DNA of 64,000 nucleotides. It comes from Hypanus sabinus. Its lineage: Eukaryota. The notes beneath the pieces were generated by a model. That model was given only the letters and a program-made list of their open reading frames with translations, made no database searches and was not told where the DNA came from. A program made the position numbers and the translations under genes. Location: the NCBI RefSeq assembly GCF_030144855.1, contig NC_082715.1:64294001-64358000 (forward strand). Direction: 5' to 3'. Of this stretch, positions 44,308 through 57,551 are shown one piece after another (the first letter of the stretch is position 1; the number at the start of each line of letters is the position of its first letter).

Positions 44308-44398
44308 CACAAAATGCTGGAGGAACTCAGCAGGCCAAGCAGCATCTATGAAAAAGAGTCCAGTTGAAGTTTCAGGCTGAGACTGTTCATCAGGACTC
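44308..44398 (-). mobile_element. Isolated PLE terminal module with hammerhead core
   Basis: Minus strand GAGTC-CTGATGA-A-CAGTCTCAGCCT-GAAA-CTTC-AACTG (44361-44398), followed by the CTGCTGAGTTCCTCCAGCATTTTGTG tail. Confidence 0.7.
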
Positions 44399-44543
44399 AT
44401 GAGCAATACCATCAATTCCTTTATAGAGTTATAGAGCAGTACAACATGAAAAGGGGCCTTTTGTCCTACAAGTTTGCACCAACCATAATTTTTTCACTAA
44501 TTGTACCTTAATTCCACCTATTAATTCTTCCCAGCTCCCTGCC

Positions 44544-44545
<2 letters not shown>

Positions 44546-44590
<45 letters not shown>
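44546..44590. repeat. (TC)n microsatellite
   Basis: About 22 perfect TC units. Confidence 0.97.
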
Positions 44591-44592
<2 letters not shown>

Positions 44593-45117
44593 AACTATTA
44601 TAAATTCACTGGCAGGATAAACAATTGTCACTTAATTGGTTCATTATTCTCACTGATTTTTAGATCAACAGAAGTACTTTTCTTTTTCCCCCTGTTTTTC
44701 TTTAGTAAGAATGTTTACAGTTTTTACTTTCCACAAAAAATAGAATATGTTCATTTTTCTGCTGTATTATTTCAATCACTTTCACATTTTCCCAATTTCT
44801 CCAGGCAAATTTCAAGCTAGAGGCATCCTGAGATCTATATGCTGCCCTGTCACTTATGCCATTATGTCACAGCTCTGGAATGGATCTACTGTAACTCCAT
44901 TTGTAGGAATTTTGGCACATGTGGGTTGCTGCTTAATTGGAGAATGTTATTTAACTCTGTATTTTTGTAGTATACCCATAACTGTACATTTGAATAGAAG
45001 GTATTTGAAACTGAGGTTTGTGCAAATGTGTCCCTTTAAACTGTGTACTGTCATTGGTCCCAGGAGAGGATCTGTGATTTCACTATGCATATATATGAAC
45101 TTTATTTTACCCCTGAA

Positions 45118-45328
45118 AACTATAGAACCATAGAACATTACAACACAGAAACAGGCCTTTTGACTCTTCTTGGCTGTGCCAAACCATTTTTCTGCCTGGT
45201 CCCACTGACCTGCGCCTGGCCCATATCCCTCCATACGCCTCTCATCCATGTACCTGTCCAAGTTTCTCTTAAATGTTAAAAGTGTTTGCCACTGTTTACC
45301 ACTTCATCTGGCAGCTCATTCCACACTG
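45118..45328 (-). mobile_element. CR1 3' end
   Basis: ATAGAACCATAGAAC tail; MDRYMDERRMEGYG on the minus strand. Confidence 0.8.
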
Positions 45329-45698
45329 GAAAAACACACACAAAAACACTGTTTTGCTTTTGGTCTATGAGGCATGGTGTGCACAGTTTAATGTTCAGTT
45401 AATTTGTTTAATCAAATGTCTTACTAATTGCAATAAATATTCTTGCATATAACCTCTTGGATTTTGTCTAAGCTTATCGACACTGGTGTTAAACCGCAAA
45501 CAACATGTAACACAAAGTGACAGTAATGTCTCTCCTAGCAGAGCTAAAGATTCTACACTCTATCTTCATTCCATCAGTGGTTAATTGTTTACTTTCCTGG
45601 TTACATGTTCTCTCCACATTGCACTTAACAGATTTTTAATTTTTTTCATCCTGGATATTGATGATATGTTAATGTAAACTGACAGGAGAGCAGTTTGA

Positions 45699-46907
45699 GC
45701 AATACACACAAAATGCTGGAGGAACTCAGCAGGCAAGGCAGCATCTATGGAAAAGAGTACAGTGAATATTTCAGGCCAAGACCCTTCGGCAGGACTGGAG
45801 AAATAGAGGTGAGGAGTCGAGTTAAAAGATGGGGGAAAGGAGAGAGAAACACAAGGTGATAGGTGAAACCTGAAGGGGGGAGGGGTGAAGTAAAGAGCTG
45901 AGATGTTGATTGGTGGAAGAGATACAGGGCTGGAAAAGGGGGAGTCTGATGGGAGAGGACAGAAGGCCATGGAAGAAAAAAGGGGATGGAGAACCAGAGG
46001 GAAGTGATGGACAGGCAAGGAGATGAGGTGAGAGAGGGAAAAAGGGATGGAGAATGGTGAAGGGGAGGTGGGGGCATTACTGGAAGTTTGAGAAATTGAT
46101 ATTCATGCCATCAGGTTGGAGGCTACCCAGATGGAATATAAGGTGTTGTTCCTCCAACATGATGAGCATGCCTCATCATGACTTTGCAGAAGGCCATAGA
46201 TGGACATATCAGAGCAGGAAGTGGAATTAAACTTGGTGGCCACTAGGAAATCCTGCGTTTTCTGGTGGACAGAGCTCAGATGGTCAGCAAAGCAGTCTCC
46301 CAATCTAAGTTGGGTCTCACTAATATATAGGTCACGCCGGGAGCACCAGACACCTACGTTACACTTTGCAATCCGTTCCGATATGTCGATCCATGACCGC
46401 CTCCACTGTCATGATGAGGCCACACTTGGGTTGGAGGAACGACACCTGATATTCTGTCTGGGTAGCCTCCAACCTGATGGCAGGAACACCGATTTCTCAA
46501 ACTTCCGGTAATCGTCCCTCCGCACCCCCCTCCTTCATCATTCCCCATCCCCTTTTTTCCCCTCTCACCTGATCCCTTTGCTTGCCCACTGCCTCCCTTT
46601 GGTGCTCCTGGCCCGTTCTTCCATGGCCTTCTGTCCTCTCCCATCAGACTCCCCTTTCACCAGCCCTGTATCTCTTTCACCAATCAATCCCAGCTCTTTA
46701 TTTCATCCCTCCCCCTTCAGGTTTCAACTCTCCCCTCCCCCACTTTTAAATCTACTCCTCAGCTTTTTTTCTCCAGTCCTGTCCAGGGGTTTCGGCCCAA
46801 AATGTTAAGTGTACTCCTTTCCGTAAGTGCTGCCTGACCTGTTGTGTTCCTCCTGCATTCTGTGTGCGTTGCTTGGATTAACAGCTTCTGTAGATTTTCT
46901 CTTGTTT
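45699..46907. mobile_element. Fold-back PLE insertion: inverted 3' copy (45699-46354, -) joined to forward 3' copy (46355-46907, +)
   Basis: Both halves carry the GIY-YIG C-terminal remnant (GSLQPDG.N) and hammerhead-like modules (45760-45797 -, 46774-46811 +). Candidate TSD GAGCAGTTTGA / GAGAAGTTTGA (45688-98 / 46908-18). Confidence 0.8.
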
Positions 46908-49900
46908 GAGAAGTTTGAAATTGTTACCAGTCTCTGGAGATTTGTGAGTCTGCAAATGTTGGAATCTGAAGCAACAACAGGAAAAAAAAGCAGCTGGAGG
47001 AATGTTGTTCTTAAACAGCAACTATGGAGGAGTTTGTGTGGGGTAAGAACAATTCCTCTTCTTTCCCCCTCCCCTTTCCTAACAGATGCTGCTTGACCCA
47101 CTCAGTTCCTTCAGATTTGTTTCAGCATTTTCTCTGCTCTTTATGTTCTGTTCTCTTACTTTGCCTGCTAGTCCTGTATCATGAGGCTTTGAAAAGGTCA
47201 AAGTGCAACATCTAAATTTCCAGTTCACCCATGATAAAATCTTCAGTTATTTTGGATGTTGTACTGGTTAAAGGATTTTGCGGGATAAGTTTTCATCTAG
47301 GTCATGTGTAAACTTGGTCCATAGACTAGCTTTCAGATGAATGGGGATCGCTGACTTAAACTCTTTAAGCTGTTCATTAAATCTCAAAGTGGTCCCTTAA
47401 GCAGTGTTTTTTCTCTTTGCTTTCTTTGAATCAAGCCTCCACTTTATAATTGTAGACTTCTCCAACCCTCCCACACACTTAAAGCATTGCTTGGAGTTTA
47501 TCTAAAAAATAATGCATCTCAACAAATTAAAATCTGAACTGTTTATAACAGTCCATGTTGGAGTTGGATTCAAACCCACGGTGACAATTGTTGCTGCTCC
47601 TTCAGAGTCCTGAGCAGTAGATTTTTTGAAGTGCTGTGTGATTTGTTGAAACTAATTTTGACTGTAATACACTATCCAAAAATAACAACCCTGTTCAAGT
47701 TTTACAATGGGCTCAATGCCTAGGCAGTCACTAAGTTTAGGTGACATGGCACGGTTTTGCTGGGGAATCTCTTTTTCAGATACCAACCACTGCCTCGGGC
47801 ATGGGCCATGTTGTAATCATAAGGATGCAGGGGTGACGCAGATCAAAGGGATTTTCCCCCAGCCACTGCACCTGTGATGGATTTGAGTTGTAATGCTCTT
47901 TCTTCAAGAATGCCTGTTGGTTGGAGACCTCTGACTTTGTGAGAGCAGCTGTGTAGTCTCCAGGCAACCTGCACCAAGGCAATGAAGTTCCAGCAATGTG
48001 ATTTTAACTCAAGTACAAACATTTTCCCGAATTGGCTAAATGTAAAGTTACTTAATGAGAAGTATGTAGACTGTTGTTTTAAAATAATATTTGATGTTTT
48101 TCTTTAAATTAGCAAAAATTATTGATCTAAAATGAGGCTCATTTGTTATCTTTTCTTCTGTTATCCTTTCTTAGAAATAACTGGTCATGTAGCCTTTACA
48201 GAGTGTCCAGACATGTGATTATTGAAATTTATAGGGCTATTAACTTGACATCTAACTTGAGAAATGTATTTGTCTCTCTTATAAAGGAAGTAATTTAAGA
48301 GCACTTAACAAGTAATAAATTCAGGCTGAAGTGGTTTCAGGAAGGAAGGATTCATCTAAGTTTGGAAAATTAAGGTGTACATTAAGATGCTAATTTTGCT
48401 TTTTGTGGAACATGAGCGAGAATTGCAGTCTCTAACATTTAGTTTTAAAGAAAAAGCACTGTAGTATCATTTGTCATAAATTAAAAGGCTGGATGTAAAA
48501 TTTCTGTGTATCTCTTGCTTTTAAAGTACATTTGAAACTAATGAAGTACAAAAGGCACTCTTAAAACAGAACAGAGAAAATAATCTAATTAAAAATTTGT
48601 TGGAATGACAGAGGAGACTCAATGGGCCAAATAGCCCAAATCTGCTTCTATATCTTATGGCCTTATGGAAACAGACAAAATTAATAGGCTTCAGTTTTCT
48701 ATGCATTGTGATTGTATTCCAAGGATCAAGAATCATGGCTGATATGGGAATTGTATAGAAGCCATGGCAGAGTTTGCAGATCAGTACAAGGCAAATACTG
48801 ATAGACCTTTGTGCAAACGTACATTAGATTCTGCCTTTCTAATATAATTAAAATTCAGCTTCTTGTGAGAGAGCTTGAACTGAGGAAATTCTTAAATGAA
48901 TGTCAATTTCTTTACTTTTGCTCCTGTCTCCATCTGTAGTTAATTTCACTCTTCCTATTAATTAACCAGGTGAGCAAGGAAAGTTTTAGGCAGGAAACCA
49001 GTAAATGTGGCTTTCCCTATAATCTGGAATTCTTACACAAGGTCTTAAGTTTCTTCTCGCCAATTCCTTCTCCAAGTTACTGTACATTGGTATATCAGTC
49101 TGTCAATGAGATAGGCTAGCATTCAAAAAAATACCTTGGGTAGTGAGGTTTGTAGGCAAATTTGGTGTGGGGTGTGTGATTGGACAGATGATAAGATGAG
49201 CTGAGTTTACAGGGTTTGTTTACTCTCGCTCATTGGTTGCTTGTCAATCTTTGTGTAGTTTGATCTTACTGTATTACTTCTGTGAATGCCTGCAAGAAAA
49301 TGAATCTATATAATAATCAATCCTTCAACCTTGCTGCTGCTGCTTCTGCCCCAGAAATGGTACTTTTTCCTCTAAGTCCAGCTTTAATTACCAGCTTCTT
49401 GAAACCAGGAATCATGGCCAAGTTAGAAAGAGATCTTGCTGATCAAAGCATTCAGCTTCTTCAGAAGGTTTCAGTGTACATGTGGATTGATTGCATCCCT
49501 TGCATCACAATGTGGGTTCATGGCAAAGGAAGTTCTCACCGCAACCCCAGCCCACGCACACACATACACACACTTTCACATTGCTTGAAGTTGCTGCTAC
49601 CTTTCTTCTCTGCAACTGCCGTCTCTTGCCATTGGAATTCCTAGTGTCCCTTCAGCAGTTGAGGCCAGCATAGATGCCATGATCATGTTAAATGGTGGGA
49701 TAGGCTGCCTCCTCTTATTCTTGTGTTCTTTGTTCTGCTCTTATCCATGGCAACAGTTCCCCCTGCCATTCTCTCAGCTGTGACCAAAAACTTGTGACCT
49801 CATGTTTACAACCATTAAGATAATGAAAATTCACCATTCTAGAATTCACCAATTATATCCCAGAAATTGAGGTATGGAATAAAATTTGCTCTTACATAAT

Positions 49901-52900
49901 GTATATGTAGAAAGTTTCCTTTCTTGCTGCATGGGCAGATGACATTGTGGATTTTTTTTTACATGCCCCCTGAAACGTGAGGGTCATCTGTATTCAGCTG
50001 CCCATATTTTTGCCAAACCTCTGCTGATTTCCCCTCAATCTGTGTTTTATTTCCTTGCTGGTTTGAACAGCTTATACAGTGTAAGCAGCGTCTTTAAGGT
50101 GTGATAATCTGACTGAGCAAATGTGTATGAAGGGATTTCCTACTCTGCAATTTCATTTTGTAATCTCCCTAGTGGTTAGCCATTACTTTATCCATTTCCG
50201 CTAACATAATTTCAGACATCTGTGCTGAGCTGTATTCGTGATCAAAGTATAATCCCAAAAGGATATACCTTGTTGTGTTAAATGATGCAAACTATATTTT
50301 GCTGTGAAATTGCCTTTTGTTGATGAGTGATACCTCAAGTTCAATATGGAATAGTTTGCAAACCACCATTCCATGTTGGTGAATATTCTCGACGAGCAGA
50401 AATAATTTGGAAGCTGAATAAGGATGTAACTGGGTGTTTAAGGCAATGAATGATGATACTAAGAAAGAAAGAAGGAAGAAAGTCTGTCACCATCAACAGA
50501 ACATTAATGATGCTTCTATTAAGTGTTTGAAGAGGAAAAACAGTTTAAGATGTTGGGAGTTATTAGGAACTTAAGATGCAACTCTAAGAGCAGGGTTGGG
50601 GACAATCAGTTTGTGATAATTGTTTCAGTTTTGTTTCATTGACCTTTGTCAGTCATAGTATAAGAATTTAAGGAGTGTTATCAAAAATGGAATTTTATTT
50701 AAGATTAAGGTACAAAAACTTTGTTTATTTAAAGTAAAAGTTTCAATTTTTAAGTGTACAGTCGGGTTAATATTTCTAGATGTTTATAGTATCTTAAAAG
50801 ACAATCCATCCATTTGCATTTTATTACTGCTTGTTCTAAAACCAGGGATACATACTGTTTGTCCTACCTTGTTCTTGCTTTGCACACAGTAATAAATGCT
50901 CTTAATTCACACACTATATTCTCTTAAATATTCTCATCTGTATAAGTTTGAGTTATTCACACTGCCATTCATTGCAGCAGGTTTTAATGATAGCTTTTCA
51001 ATCATCTAGATTTGGGAGCATTGCAGTGGACTCTGTGAATTGGCAACGTGCTTTGAAAAAGGGGCCAGTTTAATGTAAATTCTTTTGCTTGTCTTTCATT
51101 GTTGCAGTTCAGGCATGCTGATTGTTGATGAAATGGTAAATCCAGTGTGTACAGAGAGATTAACCTGCTTTTGTATGTCAGGGTGTCGACTTGCTACGGA
51201 CCTCTTTCTCTCCTTGGGGAATTTACTGACTTCTGTCATGGGGAGACCTGAAGTTAGTTGGGAGGGTGCATAGTTGGATGGGATTTCTGGTAGGCTCTGG
51301 CAAACGTGTATTCATTGGCACATGCTAGTATATAAAAAGTGGTGTAAGTATAGTTTCAGCCATATTTTCCACTAATTACAACTTGGTAATTCCACTAATT
51401 ACAAACTGCAGCAGGTTACTGTGCCCCAGTGTCTGAAGTAGTATTTCTAAAGCGATTGAAGAAAATTCCTGTTGTTTGAGAGCTGCTTAGGTATTTTCTT
51501 ACCCTTTAAATCAATAAAAAAAAGATTGAAAATGGGAAATGGATCAGACATCCATCTTACTGCTCCAGTATGGTTTTGACTCCTAGCCTGATGGTTATGT
51601 TGCCCACTGTAGGAATGTGAGTGTAGCTTGAGTCTGGGATATTGAAGAGCAGAATCTTTGGGCAGATGATAGTGATCATTTGTTAGAGGCATGCTGTAAT
51701 TTGAAATGGGCTCTAAGTCAGTGGAACTGCATGGGAAGCTTTGAGTAAGTTAAATTAATAAAAAAGCATTTTGTAAAAAAAAATGAATGGCTGTTGACAA
51801 CTACTACATTTTGGGATTGGGTCTGTTAGGGCAAAATCTGGAAATAATTACTTCCTTTTTTTGCTTTTCTGATGGTCTATTTTGAAATAGAGCAGTGATT
51901 GACTTAAGCTGAATGAGTGCTCTCTCAGTTGCAAGGTCACTGGGGAATTTCATTTTTATTAATGAAAGTAAACATGTTAGTTCAGTATTTTGATGCTGTT
52001 TCATTAGCTGTATTGGCTGCACCTTTCGCCCCAAGGTTTAAAAACCTTTTGAATAAAGCAAAATTGTGCAAAGCTGGGCTCAGCAGTATCTGTTGCCTAG
52101 CAATGGTGCTTAACAGTGTGAATGGTTGTTCCAGGATGAATTCAGATGAATCCAAAAGAAAACCCTGTAATGTGTCCTGATCTTTGGATCCTCATTACAA
52201 AATTCTTAAGTTTTTGTTTTGTTGCATTTGAAATCTGAACAATTTTATTTCTGGAATGTGCCTACTGTCTTGCATTGCAGAATAAATAGTCTAGTGTTTG
52301 CCAAGATTAGCAGAAGATTATATTAATGTCTATTTTAACATTTAAACTAATTGTTTGACTTATTTGCTAAGTCTTGGCAAAGAGGAGTATAAAAGATCTC
52401 GTGGCTTTTTGGCCCTGGATCTAGATTTGGACATGGCCAATGAAGACTGTTTGGTCAAGATTGGCGAGGCAGCATAGGATCTTTATCTGGAAAAGGATGA
52501 TCCATACTAAAATTGCTGAAACTACCAATTCAGCACTCCCCTTCCCCATCAGATTGAGTTTATCTACAAAGGTTTTGGCTATCCGTGAAATTTTCAGATA
52601 TTCAGACATTTGAATGCGTTCAAAGCTATTCCAATTACTTGCAATAAAAAATTTCAAATGCTTAAACATAATATCACAATCAGAGAGGACACAATTAAAG
52701 TTTGCTCTAAGTTTATTAATTTTATCTCTGGCTTATCAGCTTCTATGCTCTTGAATGAATTTGAACCTATATTTGAACCTAATTCATTTGAATGAATTTG
52801 GACCTATACTGGGTCCAAACAGCAAGTCTTCAAGACAGCTATCATCAAATTCTTGTAGTTGGTGACATGGTCATCAACAAGAATTTTTAGCTTTTGGCAA

Positions 52901-53189
52901 GAACTTAGTTTGGGACTTCTGTGGTTAGTTTGTGCTTTCTTGAGACTCTCCTACTTCATGCTAGAACTGCCGACGTTTCTTGGAAAATTGGTGCTGTAGT
53001 TGGAGGAATTCAGAGAGCTATGCTTCCTTTGAGCATCCTTTACTCAGCTGAATGTGTTCGAAAACAAAATGAATAAAACTGACTTTTTGGACATTGCAAT
53101 ATACAAGTAGTGTGATTGGCTCCTCTACAGTGACTTGATTGGTCATGAAATTACTTCTACGCTGGAGATATGAAACTCACTAATATTTT

Positions 53190-54375
53190 TTCTACACCCC
53201 TTCCTCCATCTTTCACCATTTCTGGAGACAGACTGTTCCCCTTCCTCAATCTTTTTGTCTCCATCTCTCGCAACAAGCTGTCTACCAATTATTTTTATAA
53301 ACCTACCAGCTCGATGCTGGCTAGTGGCGTAGTGGCTCCGCTGGGAGTTAAAGGCGAGGAATGGCTTTTCCCTTCCACCACCATTGATAGTGCCCTCACC
53401 CTCTTGTCCTCACCTGCTACCCCATGAGCCTCCACATCCGGTACATCATTCTCCACACTTTCGCCATCTTCAGTGAGATCATATCACCAAACACCTCTTT
53501 ACCTTCTTCCTCTCTCTCCCCCCTCCCCCATTCTTCACTTTCTGCAAGGATCCCCCTCTATGATTCACTTGTTCATATGTCCCTCCCCACTAATCTTCCT
53601 CCTGTCACTTCTGCAAACAGAAGTACCGCACCTGCCCCTTCATCTCCTCCCTCATCTCCATGTAGAGCCCCAAACAGTCCTTCAGGCAAGGTGACACTTT
53701 GCCTATGGATCTGTTGGGGTAATCTACTGTAACCGATGCTCCTCTATACTGTTGAGAACCAATGTAGATTGGGGGACCATTTTAAGGACTTCCTATCTGC
53801 AAAAAGCAGGATTTGTCGATGACAACCATTTCAGTTCCTATCCCCAGTGTCGGCCTTGGGCTTCCTCCTCTGCCACAATGAGGCCACTCCCAGTTTGCAG
53901 GAGCAACACCTCGTGTTCTGTTGAGGTCACCTTCAACCCGGTGGCATGAACATTGGTTTCTCCAACTTCGGGTATTTATTCCCCCTCCGCTTCCTCCTCT
54001 TCAATTCGCCATGTTAGCCCCCCTTCTGCTTTGTCAATTCACCTGCCTATCACCCTCCACTGGTGCCCCTTCCTTCAGCCTTTTCTCCCATGGTCCCAGC
54101 TCTTGTCCTATCGGCTTTTTTTGACCTTTAATTTCCCAGCTTCCCACTTCAGCCTCCTGACTTCATTTGTCACTTTCTAGCTTGTACTGCTTCTCCTTTC
54201 CCCTGACCCCACCTTATTCTGACATCTTCCCCCTCCCTTTCCAGTCCTGATAAGGAATCTCAGCTGGAAATGTTGACTGTTTATTCATTTCCATAGACAC
54301 TGCCTGAACTGCTGAATTCCTCCGGTAGTTTGTGTGTATTGCTCTGGATTTCCAGCATCTGCAGAATCTCTTGTG
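53190..54375 (+). mobile_element. Penelope-like element 3' part with hammerhead-like module (54242-54279)
   Basis: PFLNL.VSI...YKPT RT end, GIY-YIG remnant, CAGTC-CTGATAA...GAAA-TGTT-GACTG with perfect stem I. Confidence 0.8.
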
Positions 54376-54376
54376 A

Positions 54377-55010
54377 GTCAGAATCAGGTTTATTATCATG
54401 AACACGTGACATGAAATTTGTTAACTTGGCAGCAGCAGCAGTTCAATGCAATACATAATATAGAGGAGAGAAAAAAATAATAAGTATATCAATGACAGTA
54501 TATGTATATTGAAAAGATTAAAAGAGTGCAAAAAACAGATACTGTATATTTAAAAAAAAGTGAGGTAGTGTCCAAGGGATTAATGTCTATTTAGGAATCG
54601 GATGGCAAAGGGGAAGAAGTTGTTCCTAAATTGCTTATGCTTCCTGAAGTCCACAATCACGTCTTTCATCTTACAGACGTTGAGTGCCAGGTTGTTGCTG
54701 TGACACCATTCCACTAGTTGGCATATCTCACTCCTGTATGCCCTCTCAGCACCTGAGATTCTACCAACATTGGTTATATTGTCAGCAAATTTATAGATGG
54801 TATTTGAGTCATGCCCAGCCACACAATCATGGGTATAGAGAGAGCAGAACAGTGGGCTAAGCACACACCCCTGAGGTGCTACCATTGTTGATCATCAATG
54901 AGGAGGAAATGTTATCACCAATCCGCACAGATTGTGGTCTTGTGGTTAGGAAGTTGAGGATCCAGTTGCAGAGGGAGGTACAGAGGCCCAGGTTCTGCAA
55001 CTTCTCAATC
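54377..55010 (-). mobile_element. Internally deleted Rex1/Babar-like LINE
   Basis: ORF 54580-54885 [17 protein letters not shown]...YKFAD. Confidence 0.85.
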
Positions 55011-55156
55011 AGTGACTGTAACATAATTTTGTATGCAGATCCATTATTTTGGTTGACATATAGTAAGTAATTTCACTTTCAAATCTAAATCTTGTAAAGG
55101 TAATGAGCAATTCTACATATATAAGCTGCACAATGGGTCTGTGTAGGCAAAATAGT

Positions 55157-55829
55157 TGTGCTGTCTTTACGACAGTTATTTAGTTTATAATATTTTCGCT
55201 TAGTAATTCATTCAATAGTATTTTCTAGTTAGAATTAGAAGTGTTTAAAGTGTATTCATTGCATGTAAAATATATCGGCATGCGATGACGTCACATCCGG
55301 TTTCGCCGCGTCTTGTGGGAAAACACCGGTTTGAAATTAGCGCGAGGGTGGGGGCTTTCCACGAGGCTCACCTGAGCACAAGCAGTTTTGCAGGCATGAG
55401 AAATCACAGTGAGAGCAACGCTGTAAGTTAATAGATAATCGATATATTGAACTAAGATGTTAATGCTGACCCTGTTAGAGGTAACGACGGTAGATAATGT
55501 TTATGCTTTCGTTAGTTAAAGAGTCGCGGATAGTTTGCATGGAAGTGTATTTAAAGTAGTCAATGGAGCAGGTAAACTCTCCCTGTATACTGCACCTTAG
55601 TGTAATGTAGTTATAGTCACCTTTGCAAGTATTTACACTTGAAATGTGATATTAAGGAAGGAACAAATACTGTATCAATCTTGTATTGTTTTATCAACAG
55701 TTTTCACCATATGTTAATGTGAAGAGTGAACAGTAAATGGTTAATCTTACTGCGATCTGGTTCTTATTAACTGTGGTTTATCCGGACGTTAAATTCGGCG
55801 TTTCGTTACACCCGAAGGAGAACGTGACA
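55157..55829. mobile_element. Solo LTR, 673 bp
   Basis: TG...CA termini (TGTGCTGT...ACGTGACA), perfect 5-bp TSD ATAGT (55152-6 / 55830-4), CpG retained. Confidence 0.8.
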
Positions 55830-56264
55830 ATAGTAATGAGTGGATCTGCAGACAGCAGCTTGTAATGAGTCACTATACTCTGCTGCAATCTTGCAACAGC
55901 AACTGCTTCTAAACACACTAACCATTTGTGTAGTCTGTCATAATACTTGAATTCAGCAACACTTGAATATGGATGTCCATCTTCATTTTGAAAGATTAAT
56001 TTGAGCACAAATGTCTGGGACAGTAATGATGCCAAGGGAACTATCCCATGTTTTCTGGTGAAAGTATCCCTCAAACAACGTAACAGTAGTTAATGTAGTA
56101 ATCACATTGGTGTTGGTGGAAACTTGCATTGGCTACTCGTTTTGTCATTACAGCTGACAATGCACTTTCAAATTATTTAATTGGCACTTTCCAAAGTCTG
56201 CCTACAAATCTGTACCTCAATGTTTCTTTTGCTTTGGGGAAGGAGGCTATAGAGTACTCTCAAT

Positions 56265-57262
56265 AAGACCATTAGACATATGAGCAGGTGTAGGCCATTT
56301 GACCCGACAAATCTGCTCCACCATTATCCCTCTCAACCTCATTCTCCTGCTGTGTTCCCATAACATTCAACACCCTTACTAATCAAGAACCTATCAATTT
56401 CCACTTTAAATATAGCCAATGACTTGGCCTCTATGGCAATCAGTGGCAGTGATTCCACAGATACACCATTCTCTGGCTAAATAAATGCCTTCTCATTTTT
56501 CTCTTAAAGGGATGTTGAGGCTTTGCTTTTTAGGCCTAGATGCCCCCATTATTGGAAACATCTCTTCACATCCACTCTATCCAAGTCTTTCAATATTCAT
56601 AAGATCTCCCACATTCTTCTAAACGTCAGTGAGCACACACCTAGATCCATCAAGCTCTCCTCATAAACTAACCCTTTCATTGCTGGTATCTTCCTTGTGA
56701 ACTTTATCTCTGCGCTTTTCAAAGCCAACACCTCCTTGGAGAAGGGGCATAAAACTCTTCACAACACTGCAGATGTTCTACATACAATGCCTTATAAAGC
56801 CTCAGCATTGCATTCTTGCTTTTCAAGTTTCAAGAACATTTATTATCAATGAATGTAAATTATACAACCATAAGATTTGCTTGCTCACAAGGAGCCACAA
56901 AACAAGAAAACTGAAAGAACTCAATTTTTCTAAAAAGACCTACACACGATAAGGGAAAGAAAAAAAAAACGCAATTCATGCAGACAACTGAAGTGAACCA
57001 ACATTGAGTGCTCAGATCTGAACTCCAGAGCAGGCCCAAAGCCTCGCTTATCAGTTCACCGTATTAGTGGGCATGGAGCATGGCCATGAAGAGAAACAGT
57101 TCCAGCACTGGCTGCTGCCGAGCACCACTCGTCACCATCAACCAACCAGAAACAGCTCCCTTTGTTCCCACTCTGGGACTCCTGCCAGTTGACCAAATCT
57201 CTATCCATGCTACGATCTTTCCTGAAATTCCATGGGCTCTTTCCTTGTTTAGCAGCCTCATG
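56265..57262 (-). mobile_element. CR1 fragments (interrupted)
   Basis: CR1 3' end at 56265-56820. ORF 57064-57315 (AHGISGKIVAWIE.W...) is an RT remnant. Confidence 0.7.
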
Positions 57263-57336
57263 TAACATATAGGAGGGAGATTGAAAAACTGACTTGAGTG
57301 CTGCCATAACAACAACCTCTTAATGTCAGCAGATAT

Positions 57337-57551
57337 TGTGGCGACTCACTTTCTGCACAGGCGAACCGGCTCACAAACAGCCAGCGCGCGGGGGGAGACT
57401 TTGGTAATGCACCTCTGACGTCATTTCCGCCCGAAGAGGGCAGGCGCTAGGGATTTAAATGCTAGCGCCGCAAAGTTTGAATAAACTAGTCTCGAAACGA
57501 CTTACCGACTGCGTGTTGTTATTCCAGTGCTGTGTGTAGCACATCACTACA
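57337..57551 (+). mobile_element. Solo LTR, 215 bp (Gypsy-like)
   Basis: TGTGGCGA...TCACTACA imperfect terminal IR, 4-bp TSD ATAT (57333-6 / 57552-5), AATAAA 57480-5, inserted into a Rex-like remnant. Confidence 0.85.

Noticed and set aside
51368-52810. Short direct repeats (TTCCACTAATTACAA x2 at ~51368; TTGAATGAATTTG.ACCTATA x2 at ~52751) as CRISPR-like or regulatory arrays
   Set aside because: Only two units each and no spacer array in a eukaryotic context; simple slippage duplications.
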